A DNA stretch of 61,459 nucleotides, filler included, from Sphacelaria rigidula (taxonomy: Eukaryota): assembly GCA_964200075.2 (NCBI GenBank). It is 5 parts of 5 records of this genome, joined end to end, with 100 filler letters (N's around TTAATTAATTAA, not from the genome) between each part and the next. Parts side by side here need not be neighbours in the genome. Positions count along the whole stretch, not along the records: positions 24,629 to 36,840 come from CAXNAA020004002.1; positions 36,941 to 49,150 come from CAXNAA020004003.1; 3 more parts are not named here. The stretch is one strand, 5' to 3'. The notes beneath the pieces are model-generated. The model had not been told where the DNA came from. It did not search any database and was given only the letters and a program-made list of their open reading frames with translations. Shown here piece by piece: positions 26,300 through 39,189 of this stretch. How positions within the stretch are numbered: position 1 is the first letter of the stretch; each line of letters begins with the position of its first letter. The translations under genes were made by a program, and so were the position numbers.

Positions 26300-26938
26300 C
26301 CCCCCCCTCATTGGTCATATAACGAGGGCGTGGGCAAGGTCATATGCGCAAGATCGTATGAGTATTCCCCTCCCCCCCTTCTTAATAATGATTTCATTAC
26401 TTCTCTTCCCCCTCCTCCCCCCCCCTCCCTCCCTCCTTCCGAATTTCTCCCTCGCCCAAACCTGACATACCATCTACTTGATCTTTGTTTCTTCCCACTC
26501 CTGCTGAGCGAGAGTGGCACGGTCAATGGTGCAGTCGCCAGGTGTAGCTGAGTTGCAACCTGCTTCCACGATCGACCTTGCTTTCGATACCGTCTTCTCC
26601 CTGGCTGAAGCCCTGCCTGGTAAAAGAGACGTGTCGATTTTTTTGCCGGACTGCCACTCCTATAGTTTTGAACACCTGACGCTTCGGAGCGTTTATACGG
26701 TTTGTTTCCATGTTTTAATTCTTTCCTCGCTGCCTCGAGTTTCATCACATAACTCGGCGAGCGCTTCTGAGTATAGTCGCCTCGGGAATGCCAGCCTTGT
26801 CGACACGGCTGGATTCTCGGAATACGCAGCAGTCGAGAACTCAAATCAGGCAATCGAGACGATGATCGGGGTCGCCACTGAGAATGATGAGGTGTCGTCG
26901 GGGGTCAATAAGTCCTCCTCCGCATGAAACATGCTTAA

Positions 26939-27043
26939 CCCTTAGACCGCGGTGCGGGTAGTCCACCTGGATGACGCATATTTTTTTCCAAGTGAATATT
27001 GACGCCGATTCAGCACATATGACTTACCCTCGCGGTCTAAGGG
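26939..27043. mobile_element. 105-bp piggyBac-type MITE
   Basis: Perfect 13-bp TIR cccttagaccgcg/cgcggtctaaggg; left TTAA intact; right TTAA is restored when the 27047-27396 element is removed. Confidence 0.85.
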
Positions 27044-27046
27044 TTA

Positions 27047-27396
27047 CACACGCGGCCGTTTGGCTACCGCCCAAAATGCCTACGGGGGGATGCGCGGCCC
27101 TCCAGAGGCAAAACAAGCCTCCGGAGGTCTTCAATCCCTCTGGAGGAAACCTACCACTACCGACCTGGAGAGCCGCGCAGCCGTCCGGGGGAATTTGGGG
27201 GCATTTTTTCCTTCGCAGAGATGCGCGGCCCGCCAGAGGCAAAAACAAGCCTGCGGAGGCCTTTAATCCCTCTGGAGGAAACCAAAAAATCTTCTCTGGA
27301 GGGCCGCGCACCCCTCCGGAGGCGTTCAATGCCCCTGGAGGCCCGAAAAGTTGACCGACCTGGAGGAATTTGGGGGTAGCCAAATGGCCGCGTGTA
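27047..27396. mobile_element. 350-bp TIR MITE with TA TSD and an internal direct repeat
   Basis: TIR acacgcggccgtttggctacc / ggtagccaaatggccgcgtgt; TA on both sides; internal repeat tgcgcggccc..ccagaggcaaaa..aatccctctggaggaaacc at ~27091 and ~27223. Confidence 0.8.
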
Positions 27397-28313
27397 TAAG
27401 CTTTTGATCGCCAAGGGGGTCATCTGCGTCTTGCAGCTACTCCTATTCACTCAACTTTCAAGTGAAAATAATGATGTCGACACGGCAGCTGAACCACTCT
27501 GGCGGTCAAAGGCTCAATCCAACCCTACCCACGAGTATGGCAATCTGTTTTGAGGATATACACAACTTTCAACTTTCCCCGTTGGGTTTGGCGAAAAACT
27601 GCCCCCCCTGCAGTCAAGATCCCGAGCTTTTCGTGGTCAAACGGACAGCTAAGCCATCGGGCGCTGGACCTCATTTCGGAATGGTATAAACGGCTGACGT
27701 TCCACGCCAACATAACCTCAACGATGAGAGCTGGACTCTGTTTGTAAGCACGACCTCCAAGGGCCCGCGCTTGAACGAGGAAAGAAGAATGAGAATACGC
27801 CGTGAGATTGAGGACGATTGCGGAGGTTGTCGTATTTTTTTCTTTTCCTCCCGATTGTTTATTTTGTGACGTCGCTCCGATTGGTTGCCGTGAGCTCTCA
27901 AGCAATTCGAAAGACAACAAAAATTAAAAAAGAAATTACGAAACCGCCAGGACCAGTCTCACGTTCACAGAGTGCTGTCACTTCTCCTCTCTCGTCAAAA
28001 CGGGCGATTTCATGAATACCGCGATCCGAAACCCATATTAATTGTGTATATAATGCTCAATCAAAGCAGTTGCCTTGCACATGTCTCGAGTAGTCCACCC
28101 CGGCGGGCCCGGTTTTGTTTTGGTGTCTACTTCTTATATCTCATGACGGGGGCATCTCATACAGGGCACGCTGTTACTGTTGAGGCCTGGATGTTTTCGC
28201 CCTATCCCGGGATCTGTACTGTATGGACAGGTTGCGCCGTCAGAGTTCTCGATTTCGCGTTTCGTGACCGTAGTCGTATATCTTTGAGTCACGTTTGAGT
28301 AGGTATATCTTGA

Positions 28314-28413
28314 CCCTTGGACCGCGGTGCGGGTGGTCCACTTGGATCACGCAAACTATTGAAAGTGAAATTGATGCCGATTCAGCAGGTGACCTACCCT
28401 CGTGGTCAAGGGG
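28314..28413. mobile_element. piggyBac-type MITE copy
   Basis: cccttggaccgcggtgcgggt...gatgccgattcagca...cctcgtggtcaagggg; homologous to 26939-27043. Confidence 0.8.
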
Positions 28414-31400
28414 TCGAGATTCTCTGTGGATCATCGGTCACTACGAGCCGGTTCAAGCTCACAGTCACCTCCGGCATTTCTGGTTCTTCTGTATTCAGTA
28501 CCACCTCCGCGATGTGAAACTCAGGTTTCTGTTGCAATCGAGTACTGTTTCTCATGATTTTCGCGCGACCTCAAATTACGTCTCGGCTTGTGTGTATAGC
28601 GACTCACCCCGACAGCCGCCCAATCTAATGGCTGCTCTCGAAAGGTTGTCGTAACAATATCTTGTACACAATAGGTCGTATCGCGTACCGTGGTCGAATC
28701 CAGGGCCGCTTCTTCAGCAGAGGTGATTTAGTATCTACTAAGGGGGCGAAGTTTGGCATCATTGTCCGCGGACCGGTTTGCACCTGGTAACCACAACGAA
28801 GGGATGAATACGAGTACAGAGATACGGATACCGACAGTAGTATGTTTGTCTGTTGCATGTTGATGTTCGCAAGGATCCTTGCTATGGTCCGGCAGTGGCA
28901 CATGCAAAGCTACAACACAGTTACTGATCTCGTGCAGTTATTGATTTTGCATGAGCTCACCAGTTCATGAATCAGTCAGGTCTGAGGCGTGGAGGAAGGG
29001 GCTGTCCCTGTCTGTAAAATGCGTGCGCAGCCTCTTTCCCGGCTGTCTTTTCGACGAGGAGGACACGCTTGCATCAGATCAGCGTGAAATCGAAATTCAC
29101 CGAGTTGTGAGATAAACCGAACTCTCATATGAACCGTTGGACTGACTGTGATGAAGATGGAAGACGAGAAAGTATATCCATTGTCTTCGATAAAAACTTG
29201 TGAATCTCGGAACAGTTTTTATCCCAGCCAATCACAGCGCGGCATCGGTTGACTTGAAAAGTGTCAGCACCACCTGCAGCGGACAAACAGAGGCTGCGAA
29301 GTCGGAGGACGCTCACATCATACGGTGAAGGGAGAAGCGACACAGGCTCGTGCGTTGACCGCACCACTTGTCACAGCAAAGCCGGTAGGGGTGACGTGCT
29401 TGGACGGACGCATTTAGGGAACGGATCACTACATTAGATAATTCCTGCGTGTGAGCAGAGGTGGTGGGACACGCTGTGCCTTTGAGCGGCTTTTGCTTCC
29501 CAGGGGTGAGGCCTAAGCATAGGTACGTACTCTGTGTCGTCTAGCCCTTGAGCACATGGTACACGTAAGACCCTGGATTGCGCGTCACGGTCCGTGGCTG
29601 GTGATTAATTTGGCTTCTGCGTCGAGTATTCTTTGTATTCGCTGCTGCGGTTTCCTCTGCTTTTGGCCGTACATCATGCACCTTGGGCAACCCGTAGAAT
29701 TACTTCGCGTCTCGGTAGTCTTCGACCCATTTTCTGCCCCTGCAGCACCGGCCTGTACACTCTATAAACAAGTAATTATCGAACGTTTCACGTGCCACAC
29801 ATGTCACGATATTGAAATCAAGTAATCTGACCTGTCAAGAACAGATGTTGTGTTGAAATAGAGTAAATTCACAACGGTCTTGCCCCTGGCTCCATTTTCA
29901 AGCGGAAAATATATAATGTGACAAACGAATGAGCGAGGGATGGGAGAGGAAAATGGAAGGAAGCAAATCATGACAAATCTGACCCACTCGAGATAATCAT
30001 TGCTTGTTGCTATGCGCTGGAGACTTTTTACAAATTTCGGAAGCAAACGCCACGTCTTCAATCATGGGCGTGTGCACTCTTCCACTACCAACATTCCCGA
30101 GGTGTACGGTCCACCCACGCGTAAACAGATGGCGACGGACTTCAATTTTCGAGGCTACTACTTTTCCTCTCGGAGTTCATATTCCCAACGACCATTATGG
30201 GGAGGCTGGAGTTGTTCACGCAAACGTGGCGGCAGATCCATGGTTGAATATACTCTGTCGTTGTCGAATCTCGACCCCAGCCCCTACACCATCCTCAACC
30301 TGAGGCGCATCGGGAACCCTCGGACAGGAGTACTCCGCCCGGAGGATCCTCCAGCAGTACTGTGCCCTTGTGGAGCTCGAATAGATGCCAAACCGCGCGC
30401 TGCACATCCTAGGCGAGCCCTTTGGACTGTAAACCCTGAAGACCCGAACATCATGATTCAGTCGTATCTGCACTAACATCAAGTAAATTCCGAAATGGAT
30501 TCCTGCCTTCGGGTTCGGCCAAAACCCTGCGTCATCACTTTGGGACCAAAATATAACATATGCGAATTCTAATACTGTACTCGTACCCAGCGGATAAACA
30601 CCTGAACGGCTTTTCGAGAGGGTTGAACAATTAGAGCCAGCCCTGTAAACCTGAATTTCACACACCCCGCCCCCACCCTTCCCCCCCCTTCGCCTCCCAC
30701 ATCCCTTCTTTTGCCCCAACATGTAAGCACACTGTTGGGTTCAGTAGAATCACAAGTGGATTCGTCCTCGCACAGGTTCTGGTCCACTCGGCGGATTCTT
30801 AGCCCCCAGGATATGGGGTGTATATCTCTCTTAGCCCCTCATCCCACGTCCTGATTCTCGCCGAGCCCTCCCCATAACCTCCGCGGACTGCGAAAGTGTG
30901 CGGTCGAATAGTCAAACGAATGAGGATACGATGTACACGCACACATGGTGCTGTCTTACGGGAGGGGCGGCGGCGGGGGGCAGATTCGGAACGCAAGTGT
31001 AATGAGCCTGTGACCGCCAAACGCGTCCGCATCAGGTGCTCAGTGCGGAAGGTAGCAGAGAGCTGGGCTGATGTCGGATTGGTCTATGTAGCGTCGAGAA
31101 CGACAGCATCGTTCGTCCGGTCGATGGGGCCATCCAAGAGTCGGACATGAGCACCCCGTGCAGTCCCCCGTAGTGTTCACGACCCGCACAAAGTATCGTG
31201 TGACTCGAGAAAAAATGCATGAAAATATGCAGGGCATGTGAAGATGTGAAGATATAGGTACCGAAGGTTCAGAGTGGGGAAGGGAATTGGAGTCCGTTTG
31301 CGCAGCAGGAGGCGTTGGGATGTACAGCTCCCCCCCTCCCCCCCCCCCCATCCCGATGTTTAGGTATTATGGAACTGAGGAAGTGTTCCCGTCGTACGTA

Positions 31401-31835
31401 CGTAGCACGTTGCTTCAGACGCCGCTTGAGCCAGCGAATCAGTTCAGATCGTCCCTGGCCTGGTAGCATTTGTGCACTTCCCATATTCCTCAGTTGCCTC
31501 GTCTTTCAACACGGTCCAATATTGATCCGCACTTTTGTCCGCGTGGCTGCGGTCGATGGTGTCCGGGCATTATTCTGTGACATCATACCGACAGAAGACG
31601 CAGAAACAGCAACGGCACAATGCGACTGGCGTCCACATGTGTCCGGGATTGATGCCTGGACACGCACCATGTTTCGCAGAGAAAAGACCAAACTACGAAC
31701 CCGGGATCATCAGCGAGTTGGATCTCTACAGCAGTACCGTCAGTACAGTCGGTACACGCGTAGCACAACACTCCAGCTACATACGCGGGAGTCATACTCC
31801 CTGGCGGTACAACCCCTAGCCTAAAGATCTCTTGA

Positions 31836-31937
31836 CCCTCGGACCGCGGTGTGGGTAGTCCATTTGGATCATGTACACTTTTTTCAACTAAACATCGATA
31901 CCGATTCAGCAGGTGGCCTGCCCTCGCAATCAAAGGG
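31836..31937. mobile_element. piggyBac-type MITE copy
   Basis: ccctcggaccgcggtgtgggtagtcca...ccgattcagcagg...caaaggg followed by ttac. Confidence 0.8.
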
Positions 31938-32987
31938 TTACGTGTAATGCTCTTCTGAAATCCTGCGGGGCATTCGCGTGGTGGAAAATCATGAGCCATA
32001 CTAGAAATGCTGATTGAGACATGCAACTGCTGCAGAAGCAAATGTGCCAGCCTTATTATTTATATTTCGCACATTCCAGCCCCAAGCAATTGGCGTCGTC
32101 CCAGAGCCCCTAAAGCCCCCAAAGAACGTCAAAGCGCAGCCCGTTTGACTTGTTCGCGGTCGTCGGAAGTTTTTGGGAGCAAACTCGTGGGATGCACGGG
32201 ATTTACCACCCTCCGTCTCATCCCCCCCCCCCCATCGTGCTCTCCACCCCCCCCGTCGCCACCATGAAGGAATACAATTGGCCAAAGCCTCACCCTGGAA
32301 GACAAGGGGTGCAGTTGATACGAAAGTAGTGGAAAGAAATAGGGTTTACATCGCAACGAACAGTCTCGTGGGGAAAGGGTCTGATGAGATTATTGCGACG
32401 AGCTCATGAATCATACTAAACCTCCAAGTGTTGTGCCGTATTTGTGGAAGTTGGTATACATACATGAGTAGTGTAAATAATTTGACACTGAATACATTGA
32501 TTATTCACGTTGTAGCAATTGGAGCGAGAGTGAGGGTGTTCTGTCTCCTGTTCGATTGTTCGCTTGCGGCATCGCATCTTGTTGGGTTATTACCAGAAGA
32601 TCTTATACCTTTCCCTGTGGCGTCTGTGTTGATTTTCCTCGGGTCCAATCTTATTTTTTACGAGACTTCCTCATTAGTAAAGGTCGCTTCTAAAACCGAC
32701 TCTTATGAAGATTAATCTGTATAGAAACGTCGGTTTTTGGCAAGTAAGAGTGAAGAGCTGGAAAGCTGTCTTTTGGGAGCTTGTACGTCGTTTCAAGCTC
32801 TGGAAAAAAGCTGATACACGAGTAGGTGATTTTTGACGCATTGGAATGCCCTGCTGTACTCGTTGAGACGATACCGACATACCGGGGCGTTTTTCCGGCG
32901 GCTTTTTTCTTCTTCCCCAAACTTTTTTTCGGAGACCGCTCATTTTTCTCAAAGACAGGTCAAGTCCACAAAAATTTGCGAAGTTTG

Positions 32988-33677
32988 AGGCCTCTTCTTG
33001 TAGACCGAGAAAACTCTCTGAGAAAAGTCGTGTTGGTCAGTCTTTCGAGACTTTTTTCAAAACGCCACTTTTTTATAGCGCCATTTATTATTGAAAAAGT
33101 CTCTGGAAAGTTGCCACAATTTGCAGACAGCGAGATTCTGCCAATCTCTCTGCGAAAAGCCATGGATTCGCAGAGACTTGTCCCTGTCTGGGAATTGTCG
33201 TTCCATCACACATTCCTCGCACACCGCACCCGCAATGGTACAGTCAGTGCAAGAGTAGTTGTCCATGTTGTATGTACAGTGCCGTGGCAACAACAGCATA
33301 GCTGCTGCAACACTCCGTGTATCCTCTTCATGACCGTAGGACCAGGGACAGACAGTACATACAGTGCAGTGTTTTTTCGCCGGCAGCGTTACTACTGTAA
33401 AATAGCACGGTGTCGCCCCTGCTGGCTGCGTTAACTGCTCGTATCGTTTCATGCTCGTCGTGCCCGCCGCCGATTGCGGACTCTGTAGTATTCTGGGTAC
33501 TTAGACGGTTGCTACCGCACTTGTCACTGTCGCGTGAATTTGCTGAGTGCGGTATGGCACGGACCGTCTGCTGCACAAATTGCACCGCTTGCAACACCGC
33601 TACTGTACCGAGCGGTGATTGGCCCAAGTAAGGGTTGATACGTCCATGATTTCGACCCTATTATACCAGTAGCTACT

Positions 33678-33708
<31 letters not shown>

Positions 33709-33990
33709 GTGTTTGTGTGTATTGCCATCCCATTCATGCTGTACCTCTACGGGATTGTTTACGTGTTGGTTTACCGCAGGTGGCACAAGCACAAAATGTA
33801 AATGATGACCACGACCAGTGTCTGCACGCAGGCCAGATGATGGCCTCGCGTGAACAAATAAATCCCCAGGATTTTTTCATAGACGATAAGGTGGGGTTTT
33901 GAAAACTGATTTCTCTGGAAAAAGTCCCTGAGAAAAGTCGTCCAAAATGACTTTTCTCACGGACTTTTTTCAATCTAAAAGAAGCGGCCT
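32988..33990. repeat. Old element with diverged ~90-100-bp inverted arms
   Basis: aggcctcttcttgtaga..tgagaaaagtc..ttttcaaaacgccac (~32988-33068) is the inverse of gtggggttttgaaaa..gacttttctca..tctaaaagaagcggcct (~33891-33990). Confidence 0.6.
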
Positions 33991-33992
33991 AA

Positions 33993-34166
33993 GGCCAACT
34001 CTTATGGGAGCGTTTAGAATTTTATTTTGTTTTGCAATAATTTCGAACTTTTTTTTTTTGCCGTAGTTTTGTATTTTGTATCCGTTCACCATGATGATAA
34101 AGAATGAAAAAACTCCTCCGAAATTATTGCAAAATAAAATTCTAAACGCTCCCACGAGAGTTGGCC
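33993..34166. mobile_element. 174-bp Tourist-like (PIF/Harbinger) MITE
   Basis: TAA TSD on both sides; ~50-bp TIR ggccaactc..gggagcgtttagaattttatttt..gcaataatttcg. Confidence 0.88.
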
Positions 34167-34721
34167 TAAAAGCTCTGGGAAAAAAAGTTTTCCTGCTTGT
34201 ATTTTTATTTGCCGTAGGAGTGTGCCTGACTTTGAGTACGAACAGTGGCCGTGGAAGGCGTCCGCATCAGATGTCCGGCATACGGATAATGGAAGGTTCT
34301 GTACAAAGGTCGGAATGATTTTCAATGTAAAGACAGCGACATTACCAAAAAAAACAAGCAATAGCAGCAGTGTGCACGCAAAAGTTGCAGTGTAGATGTG
34401 TTTTTAAATGGAAACTCGAAGAAAAAAATATGTTCCTAAAGAGTGCGCATGTCGCAGGGCTGGATGGAGCAGTACACGCTGGTATCACTACGGGGACCGT
34501 CAGTACATAGTACTGTCAGCGGAGCAGTCGGTACCACCAGTTTTTCTCTATTGCTGTACGTCCGACTACTCATGTCGTGCTTCAGCGAGACAAGGAGGTT
34601 GAGAATGCGTCGTGAGGGTGAGAATGATTATGGCGGTTTCGGTGACCTTTGTTTCTAGTCCCCCCCCATTGGTGTGAAAACGACGGTGAGTATTGAGCCC
34701 CCTCTCTTTTAAAGTGCCCCC

Positions 34722-34810
34722 CTCAGGTCCGGTGAAATCCCGACCGTCCCGATTTTGTAGGATTGCGAGGTTCACGGTCTTACGAGTACGCCATGCAAGA
34801 TCATGAGTAC
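34722..34810 (+). repeat. Diverged A-B copy of the C-tract-associated retroposon
   Basis: caggtccggtgaaatcccg..ccgtcccgattttgtagg..gcgagg..catgcaagatcatgagtac, then acccgtctcccc. Confidence 0.7.
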
Positions 34811-34883
34811 ACCCGTCTCCCCGCAGGAGATGGAAGGTGGTCGCAGACGGCTCAACAGGAGGGATATGAGATATATATATATA

Positions 34884-36124
34884 CGGGTTGGGCCAGCCTA
34901 GAAACAGATTTAAGCTCTAAGAGCAATATCTCATTGACATGGACGAGTGGACCCATGATCCGCATGTCGTATCAATCGGCTAACCAAGGGGAAGGTGCCC
35001 ATCTGCTCAAAAATTTGGGCCGATTTTTTGTCGTTGAATGAACCCCATGTCTAGTAATTCCTACACCGTACGGAGATAGCATCCACACCGAAATCTAAAT
35101 GAAACCCCGAACGATGCATTCAGCGGATGATGACGACTTTTGGTGTGGACCTTTCCTGGAGCACGGGGAGACAATGGATACCCTCACCCTCACCCAATTC
35201 GTAATCCATCTCGAGATATGGCGCACATGAGTTTCCGTACTAAAATCAAAATATTACAAGCAGAGGCACTATATGCCGTAAATCTGGATATCGCGTCTCA
35301 GTTTTTTAGAGTTGTGCTGTGAAATGTGGTGTGAAGAACCGCTAGTGCAATATGAAATCAAGAAAACATATATTTTTTTTTTCGTGTGTTTTGGGCAGTT
35401 TTGAGGAGAAATGAAAATTGCACTTGGGCCTTATCTCGATTTTGAAGCTCGATTCTTGAAATTTTGATTAGAAACTGAGCTTGGAGAACCACAGAGGTAT
35501 GCTGAATAAAGAGAAAAATGGGTCATAATTTTTCAAGGGGGGGACGAGGGGGGCGAGGTTCGGGCTTTCGCGTAAAAGAATTGGTCGTTACCATACTTGA
35601 ACGCCCTGAACCAGCGAAAAAATGAATCAACAGCAACCTAATGCATGTCGCTTGATTCATCATGACCTAGCGAGGTCCCCCACAAAGTTTCAATACACGA
35701 ACACCAAACGTGGGCCAATGAACGGCCTGCATAATACTGTTCCGAATTTCCGCCGGCCCGGTTTCCAAATGGCGAATTCGCAATTCTTCACTTTGAGTCG
35801 AATAGTGAAATTTGGTATAGACAATCAACAGGGCATGAAAAAAAGCTGTCCGTGGGGTTCCGAAGTTTTTTTGTTTTTTTTCCATGAGTTGAGGGTAATG
35901 AACAGGACATGAAGAAAAGCTGTCTGTGGAATCCCGATTTTTTTTTTTCATGAGTTAAAGGTAATAAATCATGAAAAAGAAACAATAGGAAATCGGGACC
36001 CCACAGACAGCTTTTATTCATGCCCTGTTGATTTGTCCATACCAAATTTCACTGTCCGACTCTGAAGAAGATATTGCGAATTCGCCTACAAACTACAAAT
36101 ACGCTTCTAGGCTGGCCCAGCCTG
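34884..36124. mobile_element. 1.24-kb non-autonomous Tc1/mariner-type element
   Basis: TA|cgggttgggccagcctagaa ... ttctaggctggcccagcctg|TA; homologous to 49251-50281. Confidence 0.85.
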
Positions 36125-36201
36125 TACGGTTTTGTGCAATTTACGGGAGGAACGTACTAAGTACTGAAATGTCGGAGGTGTCTCAACCAGGAGTAGAGAC
36201 G

Positions 36202-36267
36202 GTGCCCGGTCCCGAAAGGGGTGCGTGGTCAGTGGTCAAACTACTAAGGCAAGCAACAAATGAGTAC
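36202..36267 (+). repeat. Short copy of the C-tract-associated retroposon
   Basis: gtgcccggtcccgaaaggggtgcgtggtcagtggtcaaactactaaggcaagcaacaaatgagtac followed by a long C-run. Confidence 0.85.
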
Positions 36268-36269
36268 TC

Positions 36270-36306
<37 letters not shown>

Positions 36307-36407
36307 CGCGTCGAGCCCCCCGCGCGGCCGTCCGCCCTACCCGACGCGCGGGGGCCGCCGGNNNNNNNNNNAAGAGAGCCCCCCCCCCCCCCCCCCCCCC
36401 CCCCCGT

Positions 36408-36840
36408 AGCCTGGTCCGGCGAGAACCCGGCGTGTTCCGTCCCGGCTTTGTAGGGGCGGACCCCCGGTGGGGTTGGCGTCCGTTGGCGATGACGCTATGA
36501 AAAACGCCTCTCACAAACTGCGTGAGCTAGGCGACGAGGTTACCGCTTTTTTTTGCGCTCTTGCGGGGTTTTTTGCAGTAACCATGATGGTCGTCGAGCT
36601 AGTTCATGTTGTGCGGCGTGGGAGAACCTCAACTCCGCGTTAAGGGGATGATCGCACATCAGAATGTTGAAATGGTGAGACACTCATCAGGCAGTGTGTA
36701 AGCCGTGGCTGTCTCTCGAAGTGGCGATACCAGAAAATAAACATTGTAGGCTGTCATCCAAATGCAAGATAATCAGGAGGCTCTGGGCCGAACAATCTTA
36801 TCAGGATGCAGCTCACCCTTCATGAGACTCGCCGAGCACA
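36408..36840 (+). mobile_element. 5' part of the long C-tract-associated retroposon (A unit plus internal region), cut by contig end
   Basis: After a C-run: agcctggtccggcgagaacccggcgtgttccgtcccggctttgtagggg, then an internal region homologous to 14186-14550. Confidence 0.85.
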
Positions 36841-36940
36841 NNNNNNNNNNNNNNNNNNNNNNNNNNNNNNNNNNNNNNNNNNNNTTAATTAATTAANNNN
36901 NNNNNNNNNNNNNNNNNNNNNNNNNNNNNNNNNNNNNNNN
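36841..36940. other. Artificial contig spacer
   Basis: 100-bp N/TTAATTAATTAA/N block. Confidence 0.98.
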
Positions 36941-37082
36941 CGGACGCTGTGCGAGATTGCCTTGTACGGTTTTGGTTGAGCATTGGGTGCTCGAGCCATA
37001 TAGCTCTAGACTTTGCCGAACACGCTAGCGTGTTCCTTGGAACAAAGAGTAGGGTAATTACGTTAGGTACTAAGGCTGTATC

Positions 37083-38625
37083 ATGAGCGGCACAGGAGAT
37101 GAGCGGAGTGTGGTGGAGGAGCTGGAGGCTCCACCCCAGGTGTTGGTGATAACACCAGAGGACTACCACAGCTTTCAAGAATGGAAAGCGTCTCGAGCGA
37201 GGGGGGTTCCTACAGCTGGGGGGACAGGAGCGCCTCAGCTAGAAGCCCAAGAAGCAGCAGCCCCGAGAGAGGTTGAGGCTGACACAACACTCACCGGGTC
37301 GGCCGGTCTTGGATTGGGTCGACTAGGGGCGGGGGCGAGAGCACCGCTCAGGGGCACAACAGGTACCCATGCCCCTGGCACATCGTTAGGAATGTGTCTG
37401 GTCTTGGTTTTCCCAGTACAGGGGGGAAGCTAGATGTTGATAGCAGTTTACAAAACCGAGGAAGTACACGACCAGCGTCGTTATTGATGGGTGTCGATTC
37501 ACGGACATTGGAAGCAAAAGATATCGCCGAATTTACAAGTAACAAAAATCATAGATGGGCGACTTTTAAGCGTGATGTAGAGCGATATGCGTTCATGTGG
37601 GGTTTCGGAGATGGATTCTTTCGCGACCCACCGCATTGTGTTGATCTTCTCAATGAGCCGCAGCTATTAGGGTTGGGTGTCAGTCAGGACGACATCAATC
37701 GAGCTCGCTTTGCGTATATTTTGCTTCTCAACACTGTCAAGGATCCGGTCGCGAGACATGTCCTTGTGGATTCGCGATCACCGTTCATAGCATGGCGTGC
37801 ATTGGACGAACAGTTCTCTCCCAAAACCTCGGGAGCTAAGATGGATGTCTTAGACGAGTTCAACAATCTGAAGTACACAAAAGGGTAGGATACAGACTAG
37901 TTTTGGATCCAACTACAGTCATTGCACTCGCGTTCTGTAACGTTGGGGTTGGAGATTCCCCGTGAGATGATTGTGGATAAACTCCTAAATTCCCTCCCTG
38001 CTGAGTACACCACAATTCGAGATCAGTTGCGTTTCGAACCATCACTGTTGACTGGCAAGACCCGAGCCGTTGTAAAGGATAAATTTCTGTCTCTGAAGAA
38101 AACGGGTACTTCGCGTGGTAGTGATCACAACCGTGCCTTATATGCAGGCAATAAGGGTTCCGGCTACAGGAGTAAAAAAGAAGGCGGGAAGTCGCAGAAA
38201 CCCGCGGCTGGATCAAGTGATGGAAATACACAGCCGGATGGAAAAACAGGGGGTGGCGGTAGTTCCTCGGATAAAAGAAAGCCGTAGAAAATAGAAGCCT
38301 CACCTGTTACGAGTGTGGAAAAACTGGCCATTTTACGTCTGAGTGCCCAGAACGTGTCTGCGAGGTGTGCGGAGGAAAAGGACATTGAAAAGAATTCCAC
38401 AAAATGGTCGCAATGTGCACATCTGACTCTTTCAAGGACTCAGTAGACTTTGGTTTCATGGCAGTCGGGACTGACGAATACGCGTCTGCAGCAGATGGTA
38501 CACGAGGGGACTGCCCAGTTCTTGACGACAGGGAGAAAGAAGTCTGGATTGCAGACACTGCTGCAACATGTCATATGACCCATTCGCGTCACTGCATGCA
38601 TGACTATGAGCCTTGCGAGTATTGA
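37083..38625 (+). pseudogene. Copia gag-protease (disrupted)
   Basis: SPFIAWRALDEQF and IVDKLLNSLPAEY (gag); zinc knuckle CYECGKTGHFTSEC at ~38304; protease WIADTAATCHMT at ~38545. Confidence 0.9.
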
Positions 38626-39189
38626 TTATATATACCTCCCCCAAAGTCGCAGCAAGCGGTTCCGTTTTTTATGTCGGGAGAGGAAAACTCACAGGATGTG
38701 GAAAGCGGGGAGGGCGATGTCAAGAGCTCTGATTCTGACTCTGACGAGTCGGATCTCAGCATTGGTGGGGGGTTTCCGGGTGGTACTTTGTTAGAGAAAC
38801 GTGATGAGATGGTGGAAGCGAAGGAGAAGCGAGGCGGTAACAACGGCGAAGAGTCCAACCATCAGCCGTCTACTTTGTCTTCATCCTCTGATGATGATCT
38901 TTCGGAGACATCGTCTGTCGGTGGCGGCGGGGATGCCGCGAACCAACCTGACTCGGTTGAGCCGACACTTGGCCGGACAAGGCAACAGACACGTGCCTTG
39001 CTGCAGCAGCGTCAGGAGCAGCGACTTCAACAGCAAGTTCAAGACCTTCGGGGGCATGAGGGTGATCATAATGCGTTGTGGACAGCCAGGGGGGATTTGT
39101 GGGCTACGGAACAGACTTTGGCTCAGCTGGCAAGCACGGAGGACCCAACACACTCAGGGGAGTCTGGGTTGGAGTTGATCCCATACGTG

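Noticed and set aside
32378-32425. CTGATGAG as a hammerhead core
   Set aside because: No stem II followed by GAAA.
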